Shown here: positions 29,201 to 40,300 of the stretch, in pieces
Layout: every line of letters begins with the position of its first letter
How positions within the stretch are numbered: the stretch's first letter is position 1
Source: Haliotis rubra
Taxonomy: Eukaryota
DNA: 64,000 nucleotides
Assembly (NCBI RefSeq): GCF_003918875.1
Contig: NW_025765714.1
Location: 1,054,001 to 1,118,000, forward strand
Direction: 5' to 3'
The notes under the pieces: generated by a model
What the model saw: the letters and a program-made list of their open reading frames with translations, nothing else
Told to the model about the DNA's origin: nothing
The model's database searches: none
Made by a program: the position numbers and the translations under genes

Positions 29201-31799
29201 ATTCGGAAATTTCGTGTCGCTTTAGCTAAGTTTAGATGTAGTTCTCACCAACTGAAACTTGAGATGGGTAGATATTCAAATGTCCCAAGAAATAAAAGAT
29301 TTTGCGGTGTTTGTAAGCATATTGTTTGTATGCCAGGCTTATGTCGATTTACGTGAACAGTTTATTCCTAGGAAATACTACGTATTTCCAACATTAGCTA
29401 AATTTAATCTTTTAATGTCCAGTGATAACAATGATCTTATTAGAAAGTTGGCTATGTATGTTGAGAATTCTATGCAACTGAGAACAAATCTGTTAATGTA
29501 GGCAATATGTATTGTGGCTGCTGTATAACTGCTGTGTCATGGGCCGATGGCCTACGTCTCTTGTTGAATAAACAACATGTACATCTCACGAACATGACCA
29601 ATGGTAGGTATGAGTGAGTTATCTCCCTTGCACTATTCACCCTTTACTTGACATCACGACTGCATAATTGATACATTTGGTTGTGCTGGCCACAGCTTGC
29701 CATTTTTCAAATTTTAGTCAATAATCAGAACGTCAATAAATTATAAAGCTTGGATGTATATCAAAACAAATTACAGTTTACAACGGTTATAACGAAGCCA
29801 AGAGACTTATTTTAGTTTGCTGTAATCCCACAGTTCGTTAATGGCATTTCGACTAAAATGTACACCAAAATACTAATACTAAGGTTCGCCGACGCCTATT
29901 GTGATACCAACCTTTTAAGTTAGTTTTAACAACCCGGTAAACCGAGATGACTGACTAATATCAAAGGTATTCCTAAGACCTTATGGAACTTTAAACGTTT
30001 TGTGAGGTTTCCATAAAACATCCATATTGGCGCTAGTAGACTAAAAAGGTTTAAATGTATGAATAGCATAAATTATTGAGTTCAAAACATTTATGTAAAT
30101 AAACGTAACAATACAGGCTCACCAACAACACTGCAAAACAGTCACAGCTCAAATGACCATACAACCAAGCTAAAAAGCGCCCCCTGCGTGTAGTTTGCGT
30201 GTTAACACCTGTTCATCAACATACGGATGAATAGCATGTGGGACTGCAACCAGCTTCGAGGATGTTGTTCCCCTCTCACTCATGTCACTGTACCATAGTC
30301 TCACGTCAACGCCATGAAGGTATTTATAGAAACACGTCACCTTAAGGTAGGAAGTTTCCGACATTGGCATCATCAATATTATGCGTTGTGAAATAGCTGT
30401 GACACCAAATAACAAGTTATTGAATGTTGGTTTGTTTCGGAAATCCAATTGATCGCACAGCAATGGGTGAAAACTTCACGGCCATTCGGCTGACATATTT
30501 AGCTATAGCCGGCATATTATACGTGCGTTTCACTTACTTACGAATTCCCATCACTCATTCACTCACACAAGCACGCACGCACGCGCGCGCGCACACACAC
30601 ACACACACACATCTTTCTCTGATTGTAGCCCATAATATTTGAACTCCGAGTCTGAATCGTCATCGAATATGCCATGAATTGTCACTATAATCGTTCCCAT
30701 TATTATTAATTAGAAGCACTAAATGTTGTTAACTAGACTTATTGATGCGGGGACGGACACAGAAAGATCCTACCATATCTTACACAACTTCTTTACTCTC
30801 ATTCCATATGCATTATTAATACACAGTTTTGTTTAAGGATATTTAAAAGAAATAACATGGTAACTTACAAATTGTCGAAATTCTTTATAAGCAGGGCATA
30901 TCAAACAATTTCTCAGAGATGCATCAACGTTTCTCTGCCTTCCTTATTCGTTATCCTTTAGACGTAAAACACCTCCCCAAAACTTGATAACAAATAGTTC
31001 CAAATTTGAAGATAGATATATCTATGGCCCAAGAAAACTCAATGTTGGTAAAACATGTTGATCAACCGCTCTTTAAACTGTGAGTAAAACATCACCGATC
31101 ACCAACAGTTTGTGAAAGCCAGACAAATTCAAAAAAGTATATGACGGATCACATCAGAATCCCATGTGTGGCCACCAGAAGTATCTAGATAATATAACAT
31201 AATATATGCCTTGTTCGGAATTCTCCCACCATGCCTTGTCGTTAACACAAGCCACTATTTAATAGTTCAAACGTAGGAATTTATCTTAACTGTACATAAA
31301 TCATGCACATTCTTCATATACTAACCTCTGACATATACACATACATTGAATTGGCGGAATTTGGCTGTCAAATATATTTCATAATTCCCAAGTTTCGTAT
31401 TAAAAGCAATGCCTCAGTGTCAAATAACTATTAAAGTGCTTTTAACAACAAATTTAACTATATGGTGTGGTATTTAAGTTTACGAAGGAAAATGGTTTTT
31501 AAAATTCGATCTTTATTGATTATATTGGTCAACGATTAAATCTGACACTCTTTATTGTAAGATAGGTAGAAAACAAAAACATTGTCTAAGTGTGCATCAT
31601 ATACACTTATTGACAAAAGGTTGACTTTTACATGAAATAATCGTTTCAATATATTTTAACTGCAAATTGTTTGGTCGGATTAACCCGCAGATAGAAATAT
31701 TTTCTCAAAAGTGTACCAAATTCAATCAGATGAAAGTAAAATTTACTTACCAGCATTCAGTATGAGAGTGGTGATAGCTAAAAAAGTGATCGCATTCAT
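19213..31799 (-). CDS. Galaxin/usherin-like secreted di-cysteine-repeat protein, whole gene (10 exons, 2220 nt CDS, 739 aa)
   Basis: Hand-spliced exons 31799-31751, 28347-28213, 25635-25480, 24243-23986, 22661-22479, 22372-22214, 21800-21631, 21416-21187, 20433-19961, 19619-19213. All introns are GT-AG with compatible phases and the total is divisible by 3. N-terminal signal-peptide-like segment and about 29 CC motifs in Y(N/D)xxxxxCCxG-type repeats. Confidence 0.85.
19961..20433 (-). CDS. Galaxin-like exon 9
   Basis: ctgcag|, CCGTSSYP...YNPKNQSCCGG...ECFQRY, G|gtaagt; seven CC motifs. Confidence 0.9.
20652..20957 (+). mobile_element. SINE family C copy (5' truncated), intronic
   Basis: GGTTCGATCC B box, homology to 10578-10915, (TCACC)n tail. 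Confidence 0.8.
21187..21416 (-). CDS. Galaxin-like exon 8
   Basis: gtgtag|VCVEGEVL...YNDNKAVCCDG...QMCCQGHVHNTSINEA, GA|gtgagt. Confidence 0.88.
21631..21800 (-). CDS. Galaxin-like exon 7
   Basis: ttgtag|, (G)SPSRVLKKGSTCCGGAKLAPNSICCGNTQVELKEGHDACCFIYYSNRFTTYNRTQK|gttggt. Confidence 0.85.
22214..22372 (-). CDS. Galaxin-like exon 6
   Basis: ttccag|, (G)YYNTTTELCCAG...THFCCE, G|gtatat. Confidence 0.88.
22479..22661 (-). CDS. Galaxin-like exon 5
   Basis: tttcag|, (D)QIYDEPY...GCCGTVGYNKKREVCC...ECCVGTET, G|gtaggt. Confidence 0.88.
22944..23266. mobile_element. PIF/Harbinger-type MITE containing (CT)n(CA)n
   Basis: Perfect TIRs gggaccgttcataatttatggct / agccataaattatgaacggtccc; TTA TSD. Confidence 0.9.
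23638..23900. mobile_element. PIF/Harbinger-type MITE
   Basis: TIRs ggccacat..atttcttgtttctca / tgagaaacaagaaat..atgtggca; TAA on both flanks. Confidence 0.75.
23986..24243 (-). CDS. Galaxin-like exon 4
   Basis: ttccag|, (D)MGCCGTEYINLTQQMCC...REKTCCD, G|gtgagt. Confidence 0.88.
25043..25344 (-). mobile_element. SINE family A, tandemly duplicated copy
   Basis: Two consecutive heads (ggggaatcgaacc...ctaggctaccccaccg) sharing private variants. Confidence 0.88.
25480..25635 (-). CDS. Galaxin-like exon 3
   Basis: (D)TVYYDTQSLCCEDTMYDRFDEKGVEYGCCSKSTIPVETTVCCGGNSHLRHP, G|gtgagt; an alternative in-frame acceptor would start the exon at 25629. Confidence 0.85.
25874..26012. mobile_element. Small palindromic MITE
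   Basis: About 37-bp TIR ttgtgcccttaaacctacaatggccttaagtgcacag; the same end sequence recurs at about 49506. Confidence 0.8.
26030..26153. repeat. 60-bp direct duplication
   Basis: gagctaatacatccgcctggtgtcagcagg... occurs twice. Confidence 0.9.
26431..27117. mobile_element. Tc1/mariner(pogo)-type MITE with an internal inverted repeat
   Basis: TA|ccgtatttcctctgaaaagcgcc ... ggcgcttactagaggaagtgcgg|TA; internal imperfect palindrome at about 26527-26703. Confidence 0.7.
27196..27400 (-). mobile_element. Diverged SINE family B copy
   Basis: aatccagtgattgacatcgtgagcatcgat matches the family B core. Confidence 0.7.
27491..27646 (+). mobile_element. SINE family A copy
   Basis: A/B boxes (gtagcctgatgg, ggttcgattcc) and ACTC tail. 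Confidence 0.9.
27925..28190. repeat. 33-bp minisatellite
   Basis: Unit gtactcactagttactcgattattcgacggctt. Confidence 0.93.
28213..28347 (-). CDS. Galaxin-like exon 2
   Basis: tttcag|, (D)KLASVGETLSDCYVDGKWKLYSRNKRLCCGGRLEIMTPGKRCCG, G|gtaata. Confidence 0.85.
28800..29575 (+). mobile_element. Non-LTR retrotransposon (RTE-X-like) 3' fragment
   Basis: RLPKKCYNMLM..G..NWAS..FNMGFGYVW and RVALAKFRCSSHQLKLEMGRY..R..RFC..C motifs; frameshifted; AATAAA at the end. Confidence 0.8.
30780..31400 (-). mobile_element. Second, older LINE 3' fragment of similar type
   Basis: Minus-strand RIPNKAYIMLYYLDTSGGHTW and CLICPAYKEFR motifs. Confidence 0.6.
31751..31799 (-). CDS. Galaxin-like exon 1 (signal peptide)
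   Basis: MNAITFLAITTLILNA followed by G|GTAAGT donor, phase 1. Confidence 0.75.
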
Positions 31800-33438
31800 G
31801 TCTTTTAGACAACATGAAAGTTTGAGTTGAAGTTGATCTCTTCGGTGTTTTGTGCGGAATGATTCGATTCCAGTGTAGTCCTTCTTTTTGTACATTTTGA
31901 TGCCATGATTGTTACTATATTTAGAACTGGGAATTCCCTTCTTGCTGCAACACCGCCATTTGCTTTTGGTGTTGGAAGCAGTTCGCGTGATTCCCTTTGG
32001 AAAATGGACAAAACAAATGGTAGGCGTACTTTCTCAGAAACGAGTACACCATCATGTGACAAACTATAGCCAGTAATATTTACCCCAGTGCAATAACATT
32101 CGTTTTGGTTGATGCTTGCATGAATGAACATGACTTGTGATGACACAAAAGATTGATCCGGGTAGGGTGAGACAATCGTAGAAAGTCCAAAGGGGCTTAT
32201 CCGAACACAACGCATCAAAACAAGTTGTTTACTTGCTACCACGTCAACAGGCAGTCACTTTTATCTCATACGTTAACTCATGTTGGCGGTATTCTAAATA
32301 TAAAAACACGTAGGCTTCTCCATGCCATGCCCGGGAATTTGCCAGTCGAGGATCAGTAAAGCTTGAAATCTGCTGTTACTTTCAGTAAAACATTTGATTA
32401 ACACATGTTCACTATTTATGAATCGCTAATGTTGTGAATCACATTACAGGCCGCTTGAAGCCTGTAAACACAAAAGTCCATGTGAGCTTGTCTAATGTAA
32501 ATAACATACATGTAGTTTTAATGTCAGTGTTGTTTTAAGTACTCAAATTTAGTCAAAAGTGTATGTTAATGAAATGCATCATCTGAGAAGATGAAGCTGG
32601 ACATTAAACACACTAGATATCATGTACATGTTTCAAGTGCTCACAAGATCCTCAAAATACCTTTATAGCTAAAACATTTCAGTCCAGATAGTTTAAATAT
32701 TTGTTGATGCAGGAAATACCTATGTTCATCATACAGTATTTATAGATCATGACTCGAGAACATACTTTAGTTGTGTATTGAAGGGGATATGTTAGGTTTC
32801 ATAGTTTACACTGCCATATTACGTGAAAATATACTATATTCAATGTAAAGACTTACAGCAGAGGAGATAATCATATTGGGCAAATATTGAATGACAGGAA
32901 ATTTCTTAAATAATATGGTATGTCAGTATCATCAAACATCTGTCAACATCTACCTAACTGACCGTCATAATCAGCATCACTTGTTATTTCTAAATAATTA
33001 CACTGTCCAGAAATACAAAGAACACATTGGATTTGATCTGTATACTGTTTCGATCTTGAATACTCTTCAGGCCAGTATCATCCCATTAGCTTGTTTTGTG
33101 CGATCATTATTGACTTGGAGATGACACGAAACAATACATGTACCTCACGATTGCCCAAATGTATTTTACGCAAACTGTAATGCCACTGGTATTAAAGATA
33201 GTATAGAAGATGAACAAAGATGCCTAGCTCGATCCAACTCTGAAACTTCCAAGAATGGTATGGGAGTTGTTGCAGCCGAGTGGTCTGTTTCTGATGATGA
33301 CACAGGTTTATCCCGGAGTGGCTTCATCATGTGATTGTGAAGACAGTTCTCTGTTTTCCTTACGTAATGAGGATGGATTATTGCTGCATCTGCATCCACT
33401 GCTGCTCACTCCAAGATCACTCATGTGACAGTCTAGTA

Positions 33439-33514
33439 CAGTGAAACCTGCACCCTGTCTAAACCGTCATTTTATTTTGGTCCCATGGGGTGCCGGTTTA
33501 GACAGGTTTCACTG
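33439..33514. mobile_element. Tiny pogo/Tigger-type MITE
   Basis: TA|cagtgaaacctg ... caggtttcactg|TA. Confidence 0.8.
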
Positions 33515-34229
33515 TAGATACAGCTCTAGACCATTCAAACATGTAGTAGATAACCCTAAATCCTGTTACCATAGCTACATTACACATCAACAGTTTGGCT
33601 CACAGACAACAATCTGAAAGTTCGTTACCTTGATCAGACTTTGATTAATGATTCAATAAGCTCAATTATCGATTATGCCTAAATGTTGTGTTAACAGCTT
33701 ACCTTTGCAACAAACACGAAGAATATGCTTCTTTTCACAGATTTCATGTAGATGTTTTCTGATGCAATTGACAGAATTGAGCAATCGCCATATTTGTTGA
33801 CGTTTCCCTTAATCCTTGCAGTTACAAACTGGACGTTTGGCCATCTAAATATAGCAACATCCATTTAGGTGTGTGTTGCAAACACTGTTCACATCAGTAA
33901 TCAGCTTAATCATGTTCATCTCCTTATTCTTAGACAGAAAACCTTGTAAAGCCAGTCTGTTTACAAATCTGTTGTGGTAACATTCAATTTATCATCAAAA
34001 ACATTAGAAGCTCCAATTTGAAGTACAGGTGTTTACAAATTCAATGAGCCATCCTGCTAGGTGTATATATGAACGTCTTTGGGAGATACATACTCACAAG
34101 AGTGCTTTTTATTTAACGAACAGTTCAATAAATATTGTAAGTTTTGTTGTTTAAGTTAAACAGACATATATTGACTCAGTGTTGCTCTCTGATTTCTGGA
34201 AGAAATGTCAGTACTTTTCATGATTTCAG

Positions 34230-34389
34230 AGAACCACCTGCATGTGTCATGGTATGACAGTGCCTGGATACCACTCCTCAACCAGTCCAATGTGCTTGAC
34301 TACTTCTCTGAACGAAGCAATCCATTCTATGACCGCACATGCAACAACGAGATCATCAAGATGCAGCGACTAGGTGTTGAACATCTCAG
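34230..34389 (+). CDS. MED6: MED6 exon (160 nt)
   Basis: tttcag|, (E)[14 protein letters not shown]...[12 protein letters not shown]|gtacat. Confidence 0.95.
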
Positions 34390-37300
34390 GTACATTCTTC
34401 CCAGGTTGACACTTTCAGGGTGTGGATACATGGTGTAATGACTATAGGGTTGATAACCAGACATACAATGGCCTGACATACAATATACTGACATATCATG
34501 GTGTTCTGTCCTGCTCAGTCATGGTGTTCTGTCGTACTCAGTCATGGTGTTCTGTCCTACTTAGACATGGTGTTCTGTCCTGCTCAGTCATGGTGTTCTG
34601 TCCTACTCAGTCATGGTGTTCTGTCCTACTCAGTGATGGTGTTCTGTCCTACTCATGGTGTTCTGTCCTACTCAGTCATGGTGTTCTGTCCTACTCAGTC
34701 ATGGTGTTCTGTCCTGATCAGTCATGGTGTTCTGTCCTACTCAGACATGGTGTTCTGTCCTACTAAGACGACATGGTGTTCTGTCTTACTCAGTCATGGT
34801 GTTCTGTCCTACTCAGACCACCTGGTGTTCTGTCCTCAGTCATGGTGTTCTGTCCTACTCAGACAAGCTGGTGTTCTGTCCTATTCAGACAAGCTGGTGT
34901 TCTGTCCTACTCAGACATGGTGTTCTATCCTACTCAGACAACTCTGATAGAAGTTTCTCTAGTTACTCAGGGGGCGACGAGGTAGCCTAGTGGTTAAAGG
35001 GTTCGCTCATCACGCCGAAGACCCGGTTCGATTCCCTACATGGGTACAATGTGTGAAGCCCATTTCTGGTGTTCCCTGCCGTGATATTGCTGGAATATTG
35101 CTAAAAGCGGCATAAAACTAAACTCAGTCACTCACTATTTTAGGGAGGGAATCCCTGACTCGTCACAGGTCATGTGATTCAAAATGATGCCGCTCACATG
35201 TGAGAGATCGACTGAGATGTTTGACTGACTTGCAAATATTAACCTCTGGATATTTTGATGACGAAAATAGGGCGCACTTGTAGTCTTAAGTACAAAGAAG
35301 TCATTCATATAAGTTTTTCATGCACAATAATCGTTACGGGTGCGCGAAAGTGCAACAAAGGATTTCCTCCATTGCGACCAATAGCGATGCTTCATAGCGT
35401 TCGTGTATGTGAGCGCTCTGTGTCATATACTGGCGACAAGAGTACCATATTTGCGATGCGAGTACCGATCTCTAATAAAAGCAAGTCTCTAATAGACGGA
35501 GGTATGTTCATCGTGGTGCTCTTGAAATCAGCTTCACCCCCTAAATCATCTCATGTCTCAACTTTCGTAATTTACTCAGGTGCCGCCAACATTGCCTTTT
35601 TCAAAGGCTTTTCTTGTTATCTCTCTGTTGCAGTAATATGACTGGCCTGGAGTACATCCTGCTGCATGTACAGGAACCTATTCTGTATGTCATTAGAAAA
35701 CAGTTCCGGCAGTCACCTACTCAAGGTCAGTACTGCTCTCAATGTTCTGGATCCTATTCTAATCTTTCTTGGCCTTGATGATTTCCTCAATTCACTTTCA
35801 TCCTTCCAACACAGAATCTGTCCACCTTCCTTGTCCCACTCTTCCTCTCTGTCCTTCTTCCTTGACCCACTGAACATGTGTCCACCATCCTTGTCCCATT
35901 CTTCCTCTCTGTCGACCTTCCTTGACCTACCAAACATCTGTCCACCATCCTTGACCGATTCTTCCTCTCTGTCAACCTTCCTTGACCCACTAAACCTTTG
36001 TCCACCACCTTCCTTGGCCCACTCTTCCTCTCTGTCCTTCTTCCTTGAAAACCCAAACATCTGTCCACCATCCTTGTCCCATTCTTCCTCTCTGTCGACC
36101 TTCCTTGACCCACCAAACATCTGTCCACCATCCTTGACCCATTCTTCCTATCTGTCAACCTTCCTTGACCCACTAAACCTTTGTCCAGCACCTTCCTTGG
36201 CCCACTCTTCCTCTCTGTCCTTCTTCCTTGAAAACCCAAACATCTGTCCACCATCCTTGTCCCATTCTTCCTCTCTGTCGACCTTCCTTGACCCACCAAA
36301 CATCTGTCCACCATCCTTGACCCATTCTTCCTATCTGTCAACCTTCCTTGACCCACTAAACCTTTGTCCAGCACCTTCCTTGGCCCACTCTTCCTCTCTG
36401 TCCTTCTTCCTTGACCCAACAAATATCTGTCCACCATCCTTGTCCCATTCTTCCTCTCTGTCGACCTTCCTTGAACCACTATACTTTTGTCGACCTTCCT
36501 TGGCCCACTAAATCTCTCGGTACACAAATAAACACATTAGCCCATGTGCCTTCTAGTATTACTAAATAGCTCTATGTATACACTGCCATGTTATTTGACA
36601 GTCCATGTGTTTATCTAGTGAGCCCACTTGCCATGTACTACATCATTGGAGGGATCGTGTACCAGGCTCCGGACCTTGGCTCTGTTGTCAACTCCAGATT
36701 GGTAAGTAGAGAGCTGACTTCTTCTCATTCCCCCTACTAATCTGTGCACTACAGTCAAGAAAATCACGATGCATCAACAGTAGAGGATTTGACTTATACA
36801 CGAGACAGTCCCTTGTTACAGTCCCCCATATACAAGTGACTACCTCATTCTCAGGACTGCCTGACTATGAATAGGGAAATCTGCATGTCATTCAAAAACG
36901 TGTCTAAAAGTGTTATTTATGAAAATAAAGAAACAAACTTTGGTACAATCATTCATAGTTCTTCAAGTTAATGAATGACATGAATAAGAGCATAAAAAGA
37001 CAAATGAAATAATAAAAATAATATGCAAAATTTGATGATTTTTAAAAGCGAAATTTCACCAGTGTCCATATTTTTCAGAAACTTATAGTTAGTATTTTCT
37101 AAAATTTCATTCATCAATCACCAACCCATGAAGATCCAGTTAGAATTGATCTTCAGTAACCCATGCTTGTCATAAGAGGTGATTAACGGGATCAGGTGGT
37201 CAGGCTCGCTGACTTGGTTGACACATGTCATTGTATCCCAATTGCGTAGAACAATGCTCATGCTGATGATCACTGGATTGTCTGGTCCAGACTCGATTAT

Positions 37301-40300
37301 TTACAGACCACCATCACATAGCTGGAATATTGCTGAGTGCGGCGTAAAACAACAGACAAAACAAACCATCAGTCACCACAAGTTGAGTCTTCAGTGTAAT
37401 GGAGAATGTTGTTCACTGGAAGTCATTGTTACCCTTGGGCCTTAGATGATAGCTAAGCCTAGTGTTTTGCATCCCTGCAGTGCTCAATAACATGATTGTT
37501 GTAATGGTGTAATGATCATAGATAGGTCTATTCTGAAAGAGATCCAGTAAAATGTATGACAAGTATGTTGTTAGTGTTTAATAGTTTGTAAAGATTTGTT
37601 GTATTGGCACTGAATGTATGTTATATTTCTTAGAAAGAAATTGTGAGGAAAGAAAAGAGCATTTTATTGGGGGGCGATGTTTGTTTGGGCAAGTTTTTCT
37701 TTTGACATATGTTACTATACTTTGAATTTTTCCTCCATTGATATCAAATGACCACTAATCAGTATTCATCACAACCAATGAATTTGGTGTTGTCTCATCA
37801 ATATTTTGATGATTGATAAGCAAACTCTGGAACAGCTACCAACACAAACCCAAACAGTTCACAATTGACCGTCTGGCCGGGTCAATGACAAGACTGTAGG
37901 GTGATTGATACAACACAAACCCAAACAGTTCACAATTGACCGTCTGGCCGGGTCAATGACAAGACTGTAGGGTGATTGATACAACACAAACCCAAACAGT
38001 TCACAATTGACCGTCTGGCCGGGTCAATGACAAGACTGTAGGGTGATTGATACAACACAAACCCAAACAGTTCACAATTGACCGTCTGTCCGGGTCAATG
38101 ACAAAACTGTAGGGTGATTGATACAACACAAACCCAAACAGTTCACAATTGACCGTCTGTCCGGGTCAATGACAAAACTGTAGGGTGATTGATACAACAC
38201 AAACCCAAATAGTTCACAATTGACCGTCTGTCCGGGTCAATGACAAAACTGTAGGGTGATTGATACAACACAAACCCAAACAGTTCACAATTGACCGTCT
38301 GTCCGGGTCAATGACAAAACTGTAGGGTGATTGATACAACACAAACCCAAACAGTTCACAATTGACCGTCTGTCCGGGTCAATGACAAAACTGTAGGGTG
38401 ATTGATACAACACAAACCCAAACAGTTCACAATTAACCGTCTGTCCGGGTCAATGACAAAACTGTAGGGTGATTGATACAACACAAACCCAAACAGTTCA
38501 CAATTGACCGTCTGTCCGGGTCAATGACAAAACTATAGGGTGATTGATACAACACAAACCCAAACAGTTCACAATTGACCGTCTGTCCGGGTCAATGACA
38601 AAACTGTAGGGTGATTGATACACGGTCGTAACTAAGATCTGTGTCATCAGTAAGATGAATCAATGTTACTATAGGTTTAAGATCATTTCAGATCCTTGTG
38701 GCAGTAAAAATAAAAATGTAAGACTAGTTTTAGCTGGCTGGTTGCTGAAACCTCAGCTTGTACGAGACTTGAAACCTGTTGTTTCGTATGTTCCTCTTCT
38801 GTGATATGGTATCAGACCACACACCATCTCTGTATATTAGACAGACATCAGCTCTACAATCTTTCTGAATATTGATGTAATTTCTTATTTCTCATTTTAG
38901 CTGAATACTGTGCACAATCTACAGTCTGCATTTGAAGAAGGTAGGTATTTACATTTTCAAATGAAATTTACAGAATGTCTGACAAGCTGACCAATACTTT
39001 TAAATTTTTGTAAGAAGCAGTAGTTTAAGAAAGTAGAAGCTATAGATGACCATTTTAACAACTGAATTGTTAGTTTACTTCTTTGTCTGTACTCAAACTA
39101 AATGTTTAGCTCACAATGACCTTTTCATCCTGTATAATAGTACTTGTCTCTTCATCCTGTATCATAGTACTTGTATCTTCATCATGTGTCATAGTACTTG
39201 TCTCTTCATCATGTGTCATAGTACTTGTCTCTTCATCATGTGTCATAGTACTTGTCGGTGGGGTAGCCTAGTGGTTAAAGCGTTGGCTCGTCACGCTGAA
39301 TACCCGGGTTCGATTCCCCACATGGGCACAATGTGTGAAGCCCATTCCTGGTGTCCCCCCACCGTAATATTGCTGGAATATTGCTAAAAGCGGCATATAT
39401 CTAAACTCACTCACTCATCCTGTATTATAGTACTTGTCTCTTCATCATGTATCATAGTACTTGTTTCTTCATCCTGTATCATAGTACTTGTCTCTTCACC
39501 ATCTGTCATATAGTACTTGTCTCTTCAACATATGTCAAAGTACTTATCTCTTCAGCATGTATCATCGTACTTGTTCAATGCTCATGCTGTTGATCACTGG
39601 ATTGTCTTGTCCATACTCGATTATTTATGGACCGCCACCATATAGCTGGAATATTGCTGAGTGCTGCGTAAAACTGAACTCCTCCTTGACCCATGTACAT
39701 CACTTTATACCAAGGGATGCATGTGTTGTACATATCAGTATACAGCTTCCTTTACCAAGCCACAATTGTCATCTTACGTTTCCTGTACTTAGCAGCAGCA
39801 GTCAGATTGTGATGTCTAATAAATTGATTTATTGTAATGATGTTCATTTTATTAAGCAGTATTCTGATTCTACACCTTCTATAAACATGCTTTTTTTGTG
39901 CCAGTGTGTGTATGTGTATGTCACAGTCATGCAGGGCATGACAGAATTCATTGTTGTCAGGACAGTCACTCTGAACCCACAGAAAGTGCAATATGTGTCA
40001 CAGCTCACATCAGTAGTTGTGTTTTTCTGATTTTCGTTTTCACAAATCTGAATCATCAGTGATAATATTCAAGTTGATACACATGCTTGACTCACAGAAA
40101 TATAAATGTGAATAATAATGTGTGACAGGGTACAGAAATAAACTCTGGAAACTAGAAATATATGAGGAAATACTAGCCACTGATTACACACAAGTGCTGG
40201 TGTATTGTCACTCTCCTCTTGTGGCATGCTACCCTGTACAACAGTATTACTGAATGTATCAGGTGACCCTGATCCCTGTACAACAGTGTTACCAAATGTA

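Noticed and set aside
31805-32242. 145-aa minus-strand ORF upstream of the galaxin-like ATG
   Set aside because: Non-ATG start, no recognisable motif; probably 5' UTR or promoter
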